DNA of 63,778 nt, filler included, from Olpidium bornovanus S191 (taxonomy: Eukaryota > Fungi > Olpidiomycota), in assembly GCA_017911155.1 (NCBI GenBank). It is 32 parts of 32 records of this genome, joined end to end, with 100 filler letters (N's around TTAATTAATTAA, not from the genome) between each part and the next. Parts side by side here need not be neighbours in the genome. Positions count along the whole stretch, not along the records: positions 60,503 to 62,402 come from JAEFCI010005817.1; positions 62,503 to 63,778 come from JAEFCI010006260.1; 30 more parts are not named here. One strand, written 5' to 3'. Both the position numbers and the translations under genes were made by a program. Below the pieces are notes generated by a model, which was given only the letters and a program-made list of their open reading frames with translations, was not told where the DNA came from and made no database searches. Shown piece by piece: positions 61,432 through 63,778 of the stretch (the first letter of the stretch is position 1; each line of letters begins with the position of its first letter).

Positions 61432-61516
61432 CCGCTCTTAGCTCAGTTGGTAGTAGCGTGCGACTATAGATTAAACTGTCATCGCACGGTCCCTGGTTCG
61501 AATCCGGGAGAGCGGA
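61432..61516 (+). tRNA. Intron-containing tRNA-Tyr-type gene with non-canonical anticodon ATA (possible pseudogene)
   Basis: Acceptor stem CCGCTCT/AGAGCGG with A73. A-box TAGCTCAGTTGG. Anticodon stem TGCGA/TCGCA with loop CT-ATA-G|A and an 11-nt intron (61470-61480) at the canonical 37/38 position. T-arm CCTGG-TTCGAAT-CCGGG. C1:G72 plus A73 is the eukaryotic Tyr identity set. There is one extra T in the D-stem 3' strand. Confidence 0.9.
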
Positions 61517-61533
61517 CACTCTGACACAATTCG

Positions 61534-61540
61534 TTTTTTT
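61534..61540 (+). terminator. RNA polymerase III oligo-T terminator for the tRNA
   Basis: A T7 run lies 18 nt downstream of the discriminator base. Confidence 0.75.
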
Positions 61541-62502
61541 ATGCCGGTTTTTGGGATTCCGGATGATGATCCCAAGCGACCCGATGCTACGCAAGGGACA
61601 ACCTACGCAAGGCACGAGACAACCAGTTTTGCCCCATAAAATTGGTCTTTCCTTTTTCGCCTCCCGTTTTTCGCTTATCCCCGGCTTTCCGGGGTGTCTT
61701 TGCCGCATAAAGTTATTCAATTCTTTTTTTTGCCTGGTTTGCTGCGTATATCTTGGGCTTCCGATGGATACTTCCCGAGCGGGGAGCGAGTTGCTGTCAA
61801 GTTGAATCAAGTTGAATCAATTTCCTTGCTTCTTTCGACGATCGCGAATCTTGCTTTTTTCTTTGTTCCGTCGGGCCTTCAACTTTTCGGCGAGGCTGGC
61901 TCGGGGGTCGAAATCCTTGTTTGTGCTCGTCCTAAGGGGGCAGCGGACCACTGTTGCTGTGACGTTTGTCACGCTGCCGTGTCTCGAAAGCGAACCGAGG
62001 ATCGTTGTAAATCCCACCTGCTGCCGGCTGTGGGAACCGGCCCCGTTAACGGCGGAGTGCACAGGAACTTACGGCCTGAGGGTAGGATAATGGGGAAGAA
62101 GAAGATCCAACATCATCTTCTGCCGCAGAGATCCTAACATCGCATCCAAATGCTCTGTTGCTGTTATTAACGGTAAATAATCGAATGCAGAATGCTTGAA
62201 CTTCCCGTCGGCAAGCCTCATAAAAGTCAAAAGATAAAATGACACGTTCGGCATAAATATTACTACCGCACCGAGGCTGGCTGTGATGAGCCGATATTGC
62301 GGCTTAAACACCACCAGTCTTTCGCGCTATGCCCGCCGCCAAGGTGGTTTTTTACCAAAACAAAGGCCCTAGTCCCAGGTCTAGAGTTGGGTTGGTTACA
62401 TGNNNNNNNNNNNNNNNNNNNNNNNNNNNNNNNNNNNNNNNNNNNNTTAATTAATTAANNNNNNNNNNNNNNNNNNNNNNNNNNNNNNNNNNNNNNNNNN
62501 NN

Positions 62503-63464
62503 CATGGCTCTTTCTATTTCCGCGCGACCAAATTCACCGTGAGCAAAAGCCCAAGTGGAGGGGTGGACCTGCCGCTTCTTTTGTAGGACCTCGCCAGCGC
62601 GTTGAGGGTCGCGCGTAGCAATGCCGTTAAAGGCATTAACATGCCTTTTGCCTCCCTGGTTTCGCACAGCTCGGAGATGGCCGCCTCCTCCCGTGCCAGC
62701 CGCTCGCTTGCTGATCTGACCTTGGCTACCTGCCGCGCGTACGCCTCGTTGCACAAAGCGTAATCCGTGTCCCTGTCGACAGCGCTGACGAGCAGGTTTC
62801 AGCAAGGCATGCGATACACAACGGGTTCAAAAGAAGCATCCCGAATCGGCACCAGGGGATTCCTCACTGCGCAAGTGCGTAGCGCTGAGCTGTGATGGTC
62901 CTGCACGACATTGTTGGGTGTTAAGCCGGCCAGCAGCGGCCGAATTATTTTGAAGGATCGTAGGCAGTGACAAAGACAGTTGGAACGATACCTCTCCGCT
63001 CGAACTTTACGGGCGAGAAACTCCAAAATATTTTTCATCTCGTTGCGACATATCCTGCGCGCGGGTGTTCACCCCCGCCATCCCCGGTCAGTCCTTGCAC
63101 CAATGATCCTGTGATGTCAGCCAAACCCAGACCGGCGCGCCGTCACGGCAACAAAACATGGTGCGCACCGCCGGACACTGTCGTCATCCAGTTCCTTGAG
63201 GACCCTTTTCTGCTTTCCAGCTGCTGCGTATCCGAAAGAGTCGGCGTCGCGCGTTCGGTAGCGGAGCTCTTCTCGGGCCCACTTGAGGATCTGCGACGCG
63301 AGATCGGCTGGCAGCTGGCAGCCAACACCTTGCGCGCCATCGTGACCCTGCGCTTCAGGACGCGGCGGCACAGCGTGACGCGCAAGCGTGGGGCGCTCGG
63401 CGGCCCTGCCAAGTCCAGGTTCAACACGTCGTCCGCCGGGAGGCTGGCTGGACCTCCCGAGCAT
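62503..63464 (-). CDS. HAUS5: Augmin/HAUS complex subunit 5 (HAUS5/AUG5) homologue, 5' exons, 3' truncated
   Basis: Spliced: ASQILKWAREELRYR...ELDDDSVRR|ICRNEMKNILEFLARKVRAER|TITAQRYALA..., followed by coiled coil. It aligns by eye with the remembered AUG5/HAUS5 N-terminus (ILEWLQKEMGYR...[25 protein letters not shown]). The start ATG at 63464 is tentative. Confidence 0.75.
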
Positions 63465-63778
63465 TTGTGTTTCGTTTTTTTTTTTTTTTTTTGTTGGAAC
63501 GGGGACGAGGTGGGGGAAAGGGGATCGTCCCGTGGCCAACCGGATGGTGGGCATGGGGGGGAAGGAAAAAGGGCGGGGAGAGAATGTGACTCGCGCGTGG
63601 CCGCGCTTTCCGAGTGATTCAAAATAGTGGACGTGCACAATAGGTAAGCACCTGAACCATGTTTTATTCAATTCTGGCAACCACAAAGCCGGTCAGGAGC
63701 TGCCCCAGTGGCACATTTGTGTGTATGCCGTTGTTTGAATGTAATGTCACAATTCCTTGCGACAGATGTCGTAATCGC

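Overview
This window is not one locus. It is 32 short contigs (about 1-4.6 kb) joined by 31 artificial 100-bp linkers (44 N + TTAATTAATTAA + 44 N), so adjacency across a linker means nothing. The DNA is GC-rich, intron-rich and eukaryotic with many homopolymer and microsatellite tracts. The gene set points to a fungus, probably early-diverging (inference only). Genes recognised by hand splicing and remembered family motifs, with no database search: importin beta-1, a GT34 (MNN10/GMA12-type) glycosyltransferase, an SDS22-like LRR protein, a complete six-exon PMP3 with micro-exons, a DUF4536/DMAC1-like protein, RPL35, midasin, the first exon of UBC4/5, Rap1, SANBR/KIAA1841, BCAS3, promethin/LDAF1-like, Cut8/Sts1, an N-CoR/Snt1-like fragment, SENP8/DEN1 and augmin HAUS5. 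There are also decayed Ty1/copia, Ty3/gypsy (one with a chromodomain), DIRS-like and Tc1/mariner-type elements. Most ORFs in the supplied track are spurious low-complexity or antisense frames. The most notable observations are an intron-containing tRNA-Tyr with a non-canonical ATA anticodon, a cluster of near-perfect DNA palindromes, a CpG-decay signature in repeats and TEs, interstitial telomere-like repeats, and strong CATG enrichment at contig ends (probably technical). No clearly new multi-gene system can be supported from this fragmented window.
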